From the IMG/VR virus record IMGVR_UViG_3300027754_000043: a DNA stretch of 64,000 nucleotides; one strand, written 5' to 3'. The notes beneath the pieces were generated by a model. The model was not told where the DNA came from. It did not search any database and worked only from the letters and a program-made list of their open reading frames with translations. Positions 56,800-64,000 of the stretch are shown piece after piece. Numbering within the stretch: position 1 is the first letter of the stretch; every line of letters begins with the position of its first letter. Made by a program: the position numbers and the translations under genes. This DNA is from a virus. Its lineage: Duplodnaviria > Heunggongvirae > Uroviricota > Caudoviricetes.

Positions 56800-57645
56800 T
56801 TAAATCCATCTGTCTGATAACTTAGGACCATATATGATATCTGTGTTAGTATCAATATAATAATCTCCAGCTTTACCGAATGTGTTATTTGGTAAACCTG
56901 CTACTCGATAAACAACGCTAGGTGCTTCTTGTAATGACGTTAATAGATTTTGTTGTTGTTCTAATAAATATTCTATAGCATCAGATCTTCCTTGCAAATC
57001 GCTATCTGATACATTATATTCATTATAAAACTCGGTTGCAACTAAATCATTATAATCACCTGTATTATTTGTATTATTTGTATTATTTGAGTTTGATCCC
57101 AAAACTGGAATTTCATATTCAGATTCACCATCCGTATTACATGTTGATGACACTTTAGAAATAGCACCCATTAATGGTGGTACTATTACTGCTAATTTAG
57201 AACTCATAGATGCTGGTACTGTTGCTAGCATGTTTAATGATTCTATAGCATTTACGATAGTTGCATCTTGAATTGCTGTTAATTGCATAGCTATGAATAA
57301 TGGGGCAGTTACTGGATTAGATAATTGTGCTGCGGTAATAGCAGCTTTTATGCCTTTTGCAACTGTTACCATTTTCTTTATTTGTGATATCGATGTTTGA
57401 ATCTTAGGTATTGCTGCTTGTATGTCTTGTATTTGTGTTTGTATTTGATCTAAATTCTGTTTTATCTGACGAACCCGCGGATCATCACATTTACAATTAT
57501 TAGGCAACTTAACAGATTCTTTAACTGTTATTGTTACATCATTTAATAATTTATCAGTTTGTTTATTTAACTGAACCATTATTGCATTAACTCCTTTACC
57601 TGGTAATTTTGGTATAAAATCTAATGGTGGTACTATTGAACTCAT
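56800..57645 (-). CDS. Hypothetical helical protein of the baseplate module
   Basis: 281 aa; C-terminal GKAGDYYIDT..IIYGPK; 9-bp tandem (NTN)3. Confidence 0.6.
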   Translation of the reverse strand: MSSIVPPLDFIPKLPGKGVNAIMVQLNKQTDKLLNDVTITVKESVKLPNNCKCDDPRVRQIKQNLDQIQTQIQDIQAAIPKIQTSISQIKKMVTVAKGIKAAITAAQLSNPVTAPLFIAMQLTAIQDATIVNAIESLNMLATVPASMSSKLAVIVPPLMGAISKVSSTCNTDGESEYEIPVLGSNSNNTNNTNNTGDYNDLVATEFYNEYNVSDSDLQGRSDAIEYLLEQQQNLLTSLQEAPSVVYRVAGLPNNTFGKAGDYYIDTNTDIIYGPKLSDRWI

Positions 57646-57655
57646 AACTTAATCT

Positions 57656-58693
57656 TTATGTTTTTTTAATATAATATTTATTGCTTAACAATTCATTTAA
57701 TTTTGATTCAATTGAATCTAATGATGTTTGAGATATAAATGTACCAACATTTGTTCCACATTGTATCGGAGTTCTTAATTGTTGTACTATTTTAAACATC
57801 ATTTCTAATAATACATTACCATGTACTAATTGTTCATCAGCATCATCACTACCAATTTTAACATCACCAGTTGTATTTAATATAATCGCAGTCGGAGAAT
57901 CTATAACAACAATATCACTTTTTGCTTTAAGTATAACACGATCAGCAGTACCAATAAATTGTGAATTTGCATATTGCGATTCAACTGGCGTAAAACAATT
58001 AAGTGAATTTCTAGAATTCTTATTTCCTAATAATAAATCTGGAATCTTTTGTGTGCTAGTTAAATACAATGATGCGGCATCTTGTTGTATATTCTCAACA
58101 GTAAACTTTTTATTTGTATAATCAACATGACCGTTTGATAAAATAATAATAGGATCGCCTTGTTTACCAGCTCCGAACCATGATGGCAATACGTGATAGT
58201 GAGTTCGAGTACCAGTTAAATCTATAGTACTACCAAATCGTATACTATTTCCAACACGGCCTTCTAAAATGAAATCACCTTCATATGGTTGCAATGGTGA
58301 GACTGATTTTTGTATGAAATTCTTACCCGGCGTTACTTTATCAATTTCATCTTGAGTTAAACCATCGGAAATACCAGGCAACATGTTTTCATTGATTGAT
58401 GACTGCACATCTATAGATGTTACATAGTACCAAACTTCTCTCCATTTTGACGATGTGGATTCTTGGTTAAATGTTTTATAAATTAAAACAAATTCTCCTA
58501 CTAATGGAATTTGCTTAATATTGATATTAGATGGCTTAGCAATAAAAACTTTGTTATTGAAATATCCACTACATGATCTAACTTTCAATGCAAATAATTC
58601 AGAAACATTGCTGTCATTCTGATCAGGTCCTATATAATTATAGGTACGATCATAGTCTAATACTTCAGCAACATCGAAATCAATATCAGCCAT
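57656..58693 (-). CDS. Baseplate hub/spike protein (gp5-like)
   Basis: IPLVGEFV OB-type motif, PYEGD..LEGR.GNSIRFG, PIIILSNG, ADRVILKAK, LVHG beta-helix end. Confidence 0.7.
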   Translation of the reverse strand: MADIDFDVAEVLDYDRTYNYIGPDQNDSNVSELFALKVRSCSGYFNNKVFIAKPSNINIKQIPLVGEFVLIYKTFNQESTSSKWREVWYYVTSIDVQSSINENMLPGISDGLTQDEIDKVTPGKNFIQKSVSPLQPYEGDFILEGRVGNSIRFGSTIDLTGTRTHYHVLPSWFGAGKQGDPIIILSNGHVDYTNKKFTVENIQQDAASLYLTSTQKIPDLLLGNKNSRNSLNCFTPVESQYANSQFIGTADRVILKAKSDIVVIDSPTAIILNTTGDVKIGSDDADEQLVHGNVLLEMMFKIVQQLRTPIQCGTNVGTFISQTSLDSIESKLNELLSNKYYIKKT

Positions 58694-59126
58694 TGTTATC
58701 CTTTTCTAACTTAGCTTTTGCGGCTTTAATACGTTCTTGTAAGGCTACCGTATCTATATCCTGTGATATGTTATCCAGCTCGTCTTCGAGTTCAGCAGTC
58801 ATTGTAGATTGAGCAATTTTAAGGAGTTGTTCTTTTTCTTCGTCACTGATTAAACCATCTGCTCCTGATATGGTTTGTTTAGTAGAAATGTAACGTTGAA
58901 CAATAGCAGTTAATTTAACCAGGTGGTCATCATTTTTAACTGCTACATCTAAATATTCTTTGATTAAAGGAACGATAACAGTTGCATCCGAAGCATTTCG
59001 AATCAACGGTTGCAACTGTGCTATCAATTGATTAATTTGTCGATCTTTTTTTTTAGAATTATGATAAACATCGGACATTAAGTCAGCAAAACTAGTCCCT
59101 TTAAATAATTCATCATTTTTATCCAT
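58686..59126 (-). CDS. Hypothetical helical protein
   Basis: 146 aa with own promoter motif at 59144-59151. Confidence 0.7.
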   Translation of the reverse strand: MDKNDELFKGTSFADLMSDVYHNSKKKDRQINQLIAQLQPLIRNASDATVIVPLIKEYLDVAVKNDDHLVKLTAIVQRYISTKQTISGADGLISDEEKEQLLKIAQSTMTAELEDELDNISQDIDTVALQERIKAAKAKLEKDNNG

Positions 59127-59150
59127 ATTACAACCTTTTAATAATAAATA

Positions 59151-59852
59151 TTAAAACGGTAATTTTACAAAGTTTGTACGTTCATATTCGGCAAATTTGT
59201 CATAATATAATTCATGTAACACTTTAATAACTTTAGTAATGTTACTCGTTTCCAATCCTGTACGCTCTCTGATAAAGATATACAATGCTTTTTTATTGAA
59301 GTCTTCGATATTCTCACGAGTCTCAAAAATATGCAATATTGAATCTGCAACATGGATATCAGTTGAGTTATTAAACATGTAATTCAATTTAGAATAACAA
59401 TATTCAATGTAAGCATCCATAAAATATTTTAATGTCTCGCGCATTTCAGCATTATGAATTTCAGTGATAATATTTCGTTGTTCATCAATATCCAATTCCA
59501 TTGTATCTGCTTTTAATTTTTTATATGCTTTTTCATTTTCAGCAATAATATAATTAATCGTAGTACGAGTATAATATGAATATGCTTTACCAGCAGCTGC
59601 ATTAAATTTAACCAATCTCTCAGTTACATATGTAACGATATCTGTTTGTAAATCTTGAAATGACGAATCAATATAAGTTGGCTTCATTTTATTTATTAAA
59701 TTTTCTGCCAATTTCATTAAAGGTGGATATATAAATCGTCTATATATCTTTTCTCGCAATATTGGATTGTCATCGACTCCGTTATAAGCCAATATTGCAA
59801 TGTCTGTTATTTTTGTAAAGTAATTATTACTTTTCTTCGCTCTTTTCGCCAT
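59151..59852 (-). CDS. Phage sigma factor, T4 gp55-like (candidate late sigma)
   Basis: MKLAENLI...DLQTDIV...KFN...GKAYSYYTRTTINY resembles sigma region 2 of gp55-like proteins; short, no clear region 4. Confidence 0.7.
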   Translation of the reverse strand: MAKRAKKSNNYFTKITDIAILAYNGVDDNPILREKIYRRFIYPPLMKLAENLINKMKPTYIDSSFQDLQTDIVTYVTERLVKFNAAAGKAYSYYTRTTINYIIAENEKAYKKLKADTMELDIDEQRNIITEIHNAEMRETLKYFMDAYIEYCYSKLNYMFNNSTDIHVADSILHIFETRENIEDFNKKALYIFIRERTGLETSNITKVIKVLHELYYDKFAEYERTNFVKLPF

Positions 59853-60123
59853 TGAATGTGTCTTTAAGTTCAGTCATTGTTTGTAATAGTAATTGAAATG
59901 TAACACCTGCCTCATCTTCTGATTCAAATGCGCCTTTGTGGTCTATTTCTTTTAATGTCGCGTAAGCATCTTCAATTCGACCATACATGAATTCATTAGT
60001 TAATTCTAATTCCTCAATATATTCTTGGGCTTCTGCTAAAACACCAGCAAGATAATAAGCTCGATATCCTAAGAAGATACAAGCAACTAATAATAAAATG
60101 CTGAAAATTGATAGTATAATCAT
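59827..60123 (-). CDS. Membrane protein
   Basis: N-terminal TM helix, coiled coil, FESEDEAG. Confidence 0.65.
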   Translation of the reverse strand: MIILSIFSILLLVACIFLGYRAYYLAGVLAEAQEYIEELELTNEFMYGRIEDAYATLKEIDHKGAFESEDEAGVTFQLLLQTMTELKDTFNGEKSEEK

Positions 60124-60128
60124 AGTTA

Positions 60129-60902
60129 TTAATCGTTAAATGCTTTAAAAATATCTGTAATAGCAGCTTCAACATTTGGATTATTTTCTGCTAAGTTTTT
60201 CAATCCGTTACTCTTTGTTGCTTTTGATTTTTCAACCGTTGGCTTAGGAGTACCTGCTTTATAATTTCTCCAACGCTCATACTCAATCTGCGATGCCATA
60301 TGATCTGCGTGGTGCAATAATAAAGGTAAATTTGTTTTTAATTTTGCTTGTGCAGATCTTGCAACGAAATATGGTTTATTTGCATCATCATACATTCCAT
60401 CATGTATTTTAATTGCCTGATATTCTGTCCAAGACATTTTTACTCCATATTCTTGCAACAACCAAATTGATAAATCTGGTACCATTGCAAACGGAATATT
60501 TTGGTTATGCTTATACATTTTACCCTGATTCTTACGATGCCAATCTGAAGTTTCAATTTGATATACTTCATTGCCGTCACCTGGGAATCCTATCTTACCT
60601 AAATCATGATGCATTGCTGCAAACACTAATTCTTCTTTAGTATAACCCGACATATCAGATCCCATTGTCGTCCACGTAAAATGCAATGATTCAGCACATT
60701 GAATAACTCGAAGTATATGATCTACATAACCTCCTGCAAATGCATTGTGATAATGTTCTACTCCAGATGCTGGCATAAATACCATTCTTTCTTCAAACTC
60801 ATCATACATTTTATTTAACGCAACTTTACGAGTAGGAAACAATGTATTAACAATTTCTCGATATTCTTCCCAATTCGATTTAATTTTTTCTGCTTCTAAC
60901 AT
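60129..60902 (-). CDS. HD-domain phosphohydrolase
   Basis: HNAFAGGYVDH, MHHDLGK, IHDG, HHADH motifs. Confidence 0.88.
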   Translation of the reverse strand: MLEAEKIKSNWEEYREIVNTLFPTRKVALNKMYDEFEERMVFMPASGVEHYHNAFAGGYVDHILRVIQCAESLHFTWTTMGSDMSGYTKEELVFAAMHHDLGKIGFPGDGNEVYQIETSDWHRKNQGKMYKHNQNIPFAMVPDLSIWLLQEYGVKMSWTEYQAIKIHDGMYDDANKPYFVARSAQAKLKTNLPLLLHHADHMASQIEYERWRNYKAGTPKPTVEKSKATKSNGLKNLAENNPNVEAAITDIFKAFND

Positions 60903-60905
60903 AAC

Positions 60906-61097
60906 TTATTTTTTAGATTTTTTAGATTTTTTTTCTGCTGCTAACGGTTCTAGTACATCACCATTAACCAATTTAGAAACACATCTAGAACATGTAATTG
61001 CGTCTGCATTTGCATCAACTCGTTCACAAATTGAACCACAATACTTACATGCTAATTTTTTGTAACCCGATACTTTCGTAACTTTTTTTATTTTCAT
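60906..61097 (-). CDS. Small Zn-finger protein
   Basis: CKYC...CSRC. Confidence 0.7.
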   Translation of the reverse strand: MKIKKVTKVSGYKKLACKYCGSICERVDANADAITCSRCVSKLVNGDVLEPLAAEKKSKKSKK

Positions 61098-61273
61098 TCT
61101 CTTTCGATATAATATAGTGCCGATTCTAATTTAGCAATTGCAGCTGCTAAATTTGTTAATATTGCATCTTTGTCTGCATGACCTTGTTGAATTGAACGAC
61201 CTGCGCTCATAATGATTTCTTTTGCATCTACAACATCATCTGTGATTTTTGCTTTGTATTTATAATACGCCAT
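61094..61273 (-). CDS. Hypothetical protein (59 aa; not in the ORF track)
   Basis: Manual translation MAYYKYKAKITDDVVDAKEII...LESALYYIERE; AAGTTATG start; ATGA overlap with the next gene; motif at 61312-61319. Confidence 0.7.
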   Translation of the reverse strand: MAYYKYKAKITDDVVDAKEIIMSAGRSIQQGHADKDAILTNLAAAIAKLESALYYIERE

Positions 61274-61321
61274 AACTTTTATTTCTAAATTAAACTTATT
61301 TCTTATATAATATAAATATAA

Positions 61322-62353
61322 TTATCCTAAAATCATACCGTTATTTTGAAATGTTCTGACACTTAATAAAGATTGTTCTTTTGCCTTTGCTTCGATCATA
61401 ACATCGACAGAATCTACACCATAAGTATCTGGTAATTCTAAAATAAAATCAGAATGTGCTTGTGATTTGATCTTGCTAAACTCGTCATAGTGTTTAGAAA
61501 AAGTAGGCCAATTAGGCAAGTCCTCCCAAGCAATACCGTGCTTGTCACAAATGTTCTCGATTAATGATTGATATTCGCGTCGACGAGATTCTGAGTAATG
61601 AGTACATTGAGTAATACCATGAACGTCCCACGTCTCACGCGCCATGAAGAATGCTTCTTGCTCGGATAAGTCACCAGTATTGAATTTGTGATGAAAATAA
61701 TCAAAGGTAATAGGAATACCAATTTCGCGATGCACCATATTGTATAAATCACGAACTGAATACATAGATGCTTTGTCATCATTTTCTATAACTAATCTAG
61801 CTTTAAGTGAATCAGACAAACGATCATAATTATGGATCCAACGTGCAATTGTACCTGGCTTATCATTGTAAGTAGCACCAATATGAATATTGATCTTGTT
61901 TTCGTAGCTAGGTGCAAAGCCCATAAGGTCAAACATTTCTGAATGTCGTTCTAAACTAACAATGCTATTATCAACAACACGAGCTTCAGGAGATCCTAAT
62001 ATGTGAAATGGACCAGGGTGTGTAGTTAAACGATGACCATGTTGATTTGCATAATCTCCAGCTTCTCGCAAAGCCTTAGCAATTTCATCATACTGAGGAA
62101 GATCAGTTAATTCATAATGATTCCATCTAGGAAACAACTCAGATCCAATTCTGAATAAACGGATGTCATGTTGCTCGTTCCATTTTAGAATAGTTATCAA
62201 ATCTTGAGCATTTGCTAAAGATATCTCGCCAGCTAATTGAACACCACCTTGCTTGAATTTTTTCTCAATCATCGTACGGCCGGTACGAATATTCTGCTTA
62301 CTTAATTCCATGTTAATACATGCATACCCGTGTCTTATCATATCTTTTTTCAC
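61322..62353 (-). CDS. uvsE: UV damage endonuclease UvsE/UvdE
   Basis: GYACIN, LFRIGSELFP, RLTTHP, INIHIG, LVIENDD, ITFDYFHH, HYSES, HSD, VMIEAKAKEQ. True start may be ATG at 62341. Confidence 0.93.
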   Translation of the reverse strand: MKKDMIRHGYACINMELSKQNIRTGRTMIEKKFKQGGVQLAGEISLANAQDLITILKWNEQHDIRLFRIGSELFPRWNHYELTDLPQYDEIAKALREAGDYANQHGHRLTTHPGPFHILGSPEARVVDNSIVSLERHSEMFDLMGFAPSYENKINIHIGATYNDKPGTIARWIHNYDRLSDSLKARLVIENDDKASMYSVRDLYNMVHREIGIPITFDYFHHKFNTGDLSEQEAFFMARETWDVHGITQCTHYSESRRREYQSLIENICDKHGIAWEDLPNWPTFSKHYDEFSKIKSQAHSDFILELPDTYGVDSVDVMIEAKAKEQSLLSVRTFQNNGMILG

Positions 62354-62409
62354 TATAATAAGAAATTAAATCCACAAAACCTAATTATACTATGTTTTTT
62401 TATTGAATG

Positions 62410-62417
62410 ATATTTAT
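62410..62417 (+). promoter_or_regulatory. ATATTTAT putative late-promoter motif on the plus strand
   Basis: 26 nt before the plus-strand ATG at 62444; same coding-strand orientation as in the minus-strand genes. Confidence 0.6.
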
Positions 62418-62443
62418 TTAAAAGAAACCTTAAAAGGATTATA

Positions 62444-63118
62444 ATGAAAAACACATTAGCAGAAAATATGCTTCGTTTTGGATCAAAGAATTTATCTGAA
62501 GCTTCGAAGAAAAAATTACAAAAATTAGCTGAACAAACAGAAGGTTTAAATGGTGTTAAATCTATGTTAGCGTTACCAGGCGTTGCAAAAGGTGCAACAA
62601 CTACACTAACAGATGTTACAGATCCAACTACAAAATTTATAACTATAAATACTAAAGCAAATGTGCCGGTACCTGCTGGCCCGATATTATATGCGGTAGA
62701 TAATAACTCAGGTGCTGTTGTATCTAGACTTGGTTCGTATAATCTAGTAATTGGTAATATCGGCGAATATGATACTGCGAACGGAATAATTACATCACCA
62801 TTAAAACAAGCTATTTTTACACTAGAAAATAGATTGATTAGTAAACCCGGCGCAATTCAACTTGAGGCATATCTTAAAGATGAAAATGGAATTGCTCAAT
62901 TATTTGCAAAACTATGCTTAGCTGCTAAAAATAATATTATGGTAGAAGCGGGTGCATTATATACACAACAATATAACAATTTAATTAAAACGTTTAAATT
63001 ATGTACATTAACTAATACAGCACCAATTCCAGTTGCTGGCGATCCTACGACGGATATGAAGTTAGCAGTATTTAATAAAAATGTTGCTACTTATATAAGT
63101 AGAGGTGGTAAAAGTTAA
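62444..63118 (+). CDS. Hypothetical protein (putative head cargo)
   Basis: 224 aa; AAGGA SD; MKNTLAENMLRFGSKNLSE leader. Confidence 0.75.
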   Translation: MKNTLAENMLRFGSKNLSEASKKKLQKLAEQTEGLNGVKSMLALPGVAKGATTTLTDVTDPTTKFITINTKANVPVPAGPILYAVDNNSGAVVSRLGSYNLVIGNIGEYDTANGIITSPLKQAIFTLENRLISKPGAIQLEAYLKDENGIAQLFAKLCLAAKNNIMVEAGALYTQQYNNLIKTFKLCTLTNTAPIPVAGDPTTDMKLAVFNKNVATYISRGGKS

Positions 63119-63143
63119 ATATATAAATTATAATTATAATTTT

Positions 63144-63187
63144 TAAAAACTAGTAAGATAAAGTATAAAATATCTTACTAGTTTTTA
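63144..63187. terminator. Bidirectional terminator / 17-bp perfect inverted repeat between convergent genes
   Basis: TAAAAACTAGTAAGATA-10 nt-TATCTTACTAGTTTTTA. Confidence 0.75.
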
Positions 63188-63205
63188 ACATTAAATATAT
63201 TAAGT

Positions 63206-63694
63206 TTATTCACAACCAATTGTAGAATCTATAATTCCACGTAAACAACCATCGACATATATAATCATGATAAAATATCCATCTCCTGAATTTTTATCAT
63301 ATGCTTTCATAAATTCATTAAAGGTATCAGCTGGATTTGCATCATCGTGAAATATTTCATATATATATGTAAACTTAGATGTATCTTGTGTTTTTACATA
63401 TTTTGTACACCATGTTTTATAATCAATTGTTTTATAATCGCAATTACTAACAATTTCCATTTCACCAATTTTAGGATTAAGTTGTGCAAATTTATATCTT
63501 GTTGTCGGATCAGAATAAATTGTTTTTACTAATCCTTTCATTAAATTCACATCATAATCTCCAGTTTTGATAGATTTAGTTGTATTTGCCCAACCAATTA
63601 ATTCATGTACATCCTTTGCTATATCGGATTCTAATTCCTGTGCATTTACAAACCCACTTACTACTACGGCTAAAACTACTGCTAACTTTTTCAT
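63206..63694 (-). CDS. Secreted hypothetical protein
   Basis: MKKLAVVLAVVVSGFVNA signal peptide; TTGGAT-17-TATATT at 63742-63770. Confidence 0.7.
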   Translation of the reverse strand: MKKLAVVLAVVVSGFVNAQELESDIAKDVHELIGWANTTKSIKTGDYDVNLMKGLVKTIYSDPTTRYKFAQLNPKIGEMEIVSNCDYKTIDYKTWCTKYVKTQDTSKFTYIYEIFHDDANPADTFNEFMKAYDKNSGDGYFIMIIYVDGCLRGIIDSTIGCE

Positions 63695-63823
63695 ATCTCT
63701 TAAATTTTAATTAGTTAATTATTTAAATCTCTTATACTATAAATATAAGAATTATAATTCAATTATCCAACCTTTCCGGTGAAATATTATACAACAATAT
63801 TTATTATAAATTGGAATGAATAC

Positions 63824-64000
63824 ATGGCTAATATTAAATTAAAAGATTTATTAAACGAACAATGGTCTCCTGATGATGCACAAAAACAACTGATGCAAGT
63901 AACCGGAGATATGGTAAATAAATCTAATAAACAAACTGCTGATATACAACTTGCTAAAAAAATTGCTAAAAAAATATATGATGCAAAAGGATTTATTTGG
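63824..64000 (+). CDS. Hypothetical protein, N-terminal part (runs off the window end)
   Basis: MANIKLKDLLNEQWSPDDAQKQ...AKKIYDAKGFIW is open to the end; ATATTTAT at 63797-63804. Confidence 0.75.
   Translation, partial: MANIKLKDLLNEQWSPDDAQKQLMQVTGDMVNKSNKQTADIQLAKKIAKKIYDAKGFIW

Noticed and set aside
57061-57089. Tandem TGTATTATT repeat as a CRISPR array or VNTR
   Set aside because: Only three 9-bp units with no spacers; it encodes an in-frame NTN linker.
1091-58812. Many plus-strand ORFs in the track (e.g. 1325..1678, 7455..7961, 7989..8516, 27364..27846, 54606..55244)
   Set aside because: They lie antisense to well-supported minus-strand genes, show mirror-image composition, and have no RBS or promoter motif; treated as shadow ORFs.
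7093-59353. Short same-strand alternative-frame ORFs (7093..7293, 15879..16076, 19632..19817, 27628..27819, 28937..29137, 59165..59353)
   Set aside because: They lie inside or overlap strong genes in another frame and have no recognisable motifs.
845-63746. Reading the plus-strand TATAAATA-like matches as T4-type late promoters driving antisense transcription
   Set aside because: The motif flips orientation at the two plus-strand genes (62410, 63797), so it follows the coding strand as ATATTTAT.
1-64000. Alternative genetic code (TAG or TGA recoding), as seen in some large phages
   Set aside because: Core genes are full length in the standard code; TAG ends the chaperone, capsid and scaffold genes, TGA serves in ATGA overlaps, and coding density is high.
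1-64000. tRNA, rRNA, CRISPR, integrase or transposase
   Set aside because: No cloverleaf or TTC-arm patterns in the short intergenic gaps, no repeat-spacer arrays, and no recombinase or transposase motifs found by eye.

Overview
A 64-kb, AT-rich segment of a large lytic myovirus (contractile-tailed dsDNA phage) with T4-like morphogenesis genes. It resembles the large freshwater phages that carry ribosomal protein bS21, and the bS21 C-terminus suggests a Bacteroidota host (inference). Almost all genes lie on the minus strand. In transcription order (high to low coordinates) they are: UvsE, HD protein, a gp55-like sigma factor, baseplate genes (gp5-, gp25-, gp6-, gp7-like), a kinase-like protein, endonuclease I-like resolvase, primase, a fused Mre11-Rad50 (gp47-gp46), a nucleotidyltransferase/ligase-like fusion, terminase, portal, prohead protease, bS21, scaffold, major capsid protein, PhoH, neck, tail fibres/LamG proteins, sheath, tube, a tail chaperone pair and the start of the tape measure gene. 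Genes read cleanly in the standard code. No tRNA, rRNA, CRISPR array, integrase, transposase or reverse transcriptase was recognised. The most interesting signals are regulatory. (1) A phage bS21 sits beside virion genes that carry strong AGGAG Shine-Dalgarno sites. (2) A putative late-promoter motif ATATTTAT occurs upstream of about 27 genes; it overlaps the reverse complement of the T4 late promoter and flips with gene strand. (3) A recurring IKLxxLLxE-type N-terminal leader may mark protease-processed, head-packaged cargo. (4) A three-way-junction RNA lies in the 5' UTR of a tail fibre gene. (5) A probable +1/-2 frameshift joins the tail chaperone genes. Product calls are from motif recognition and gene order only; no database search was run.
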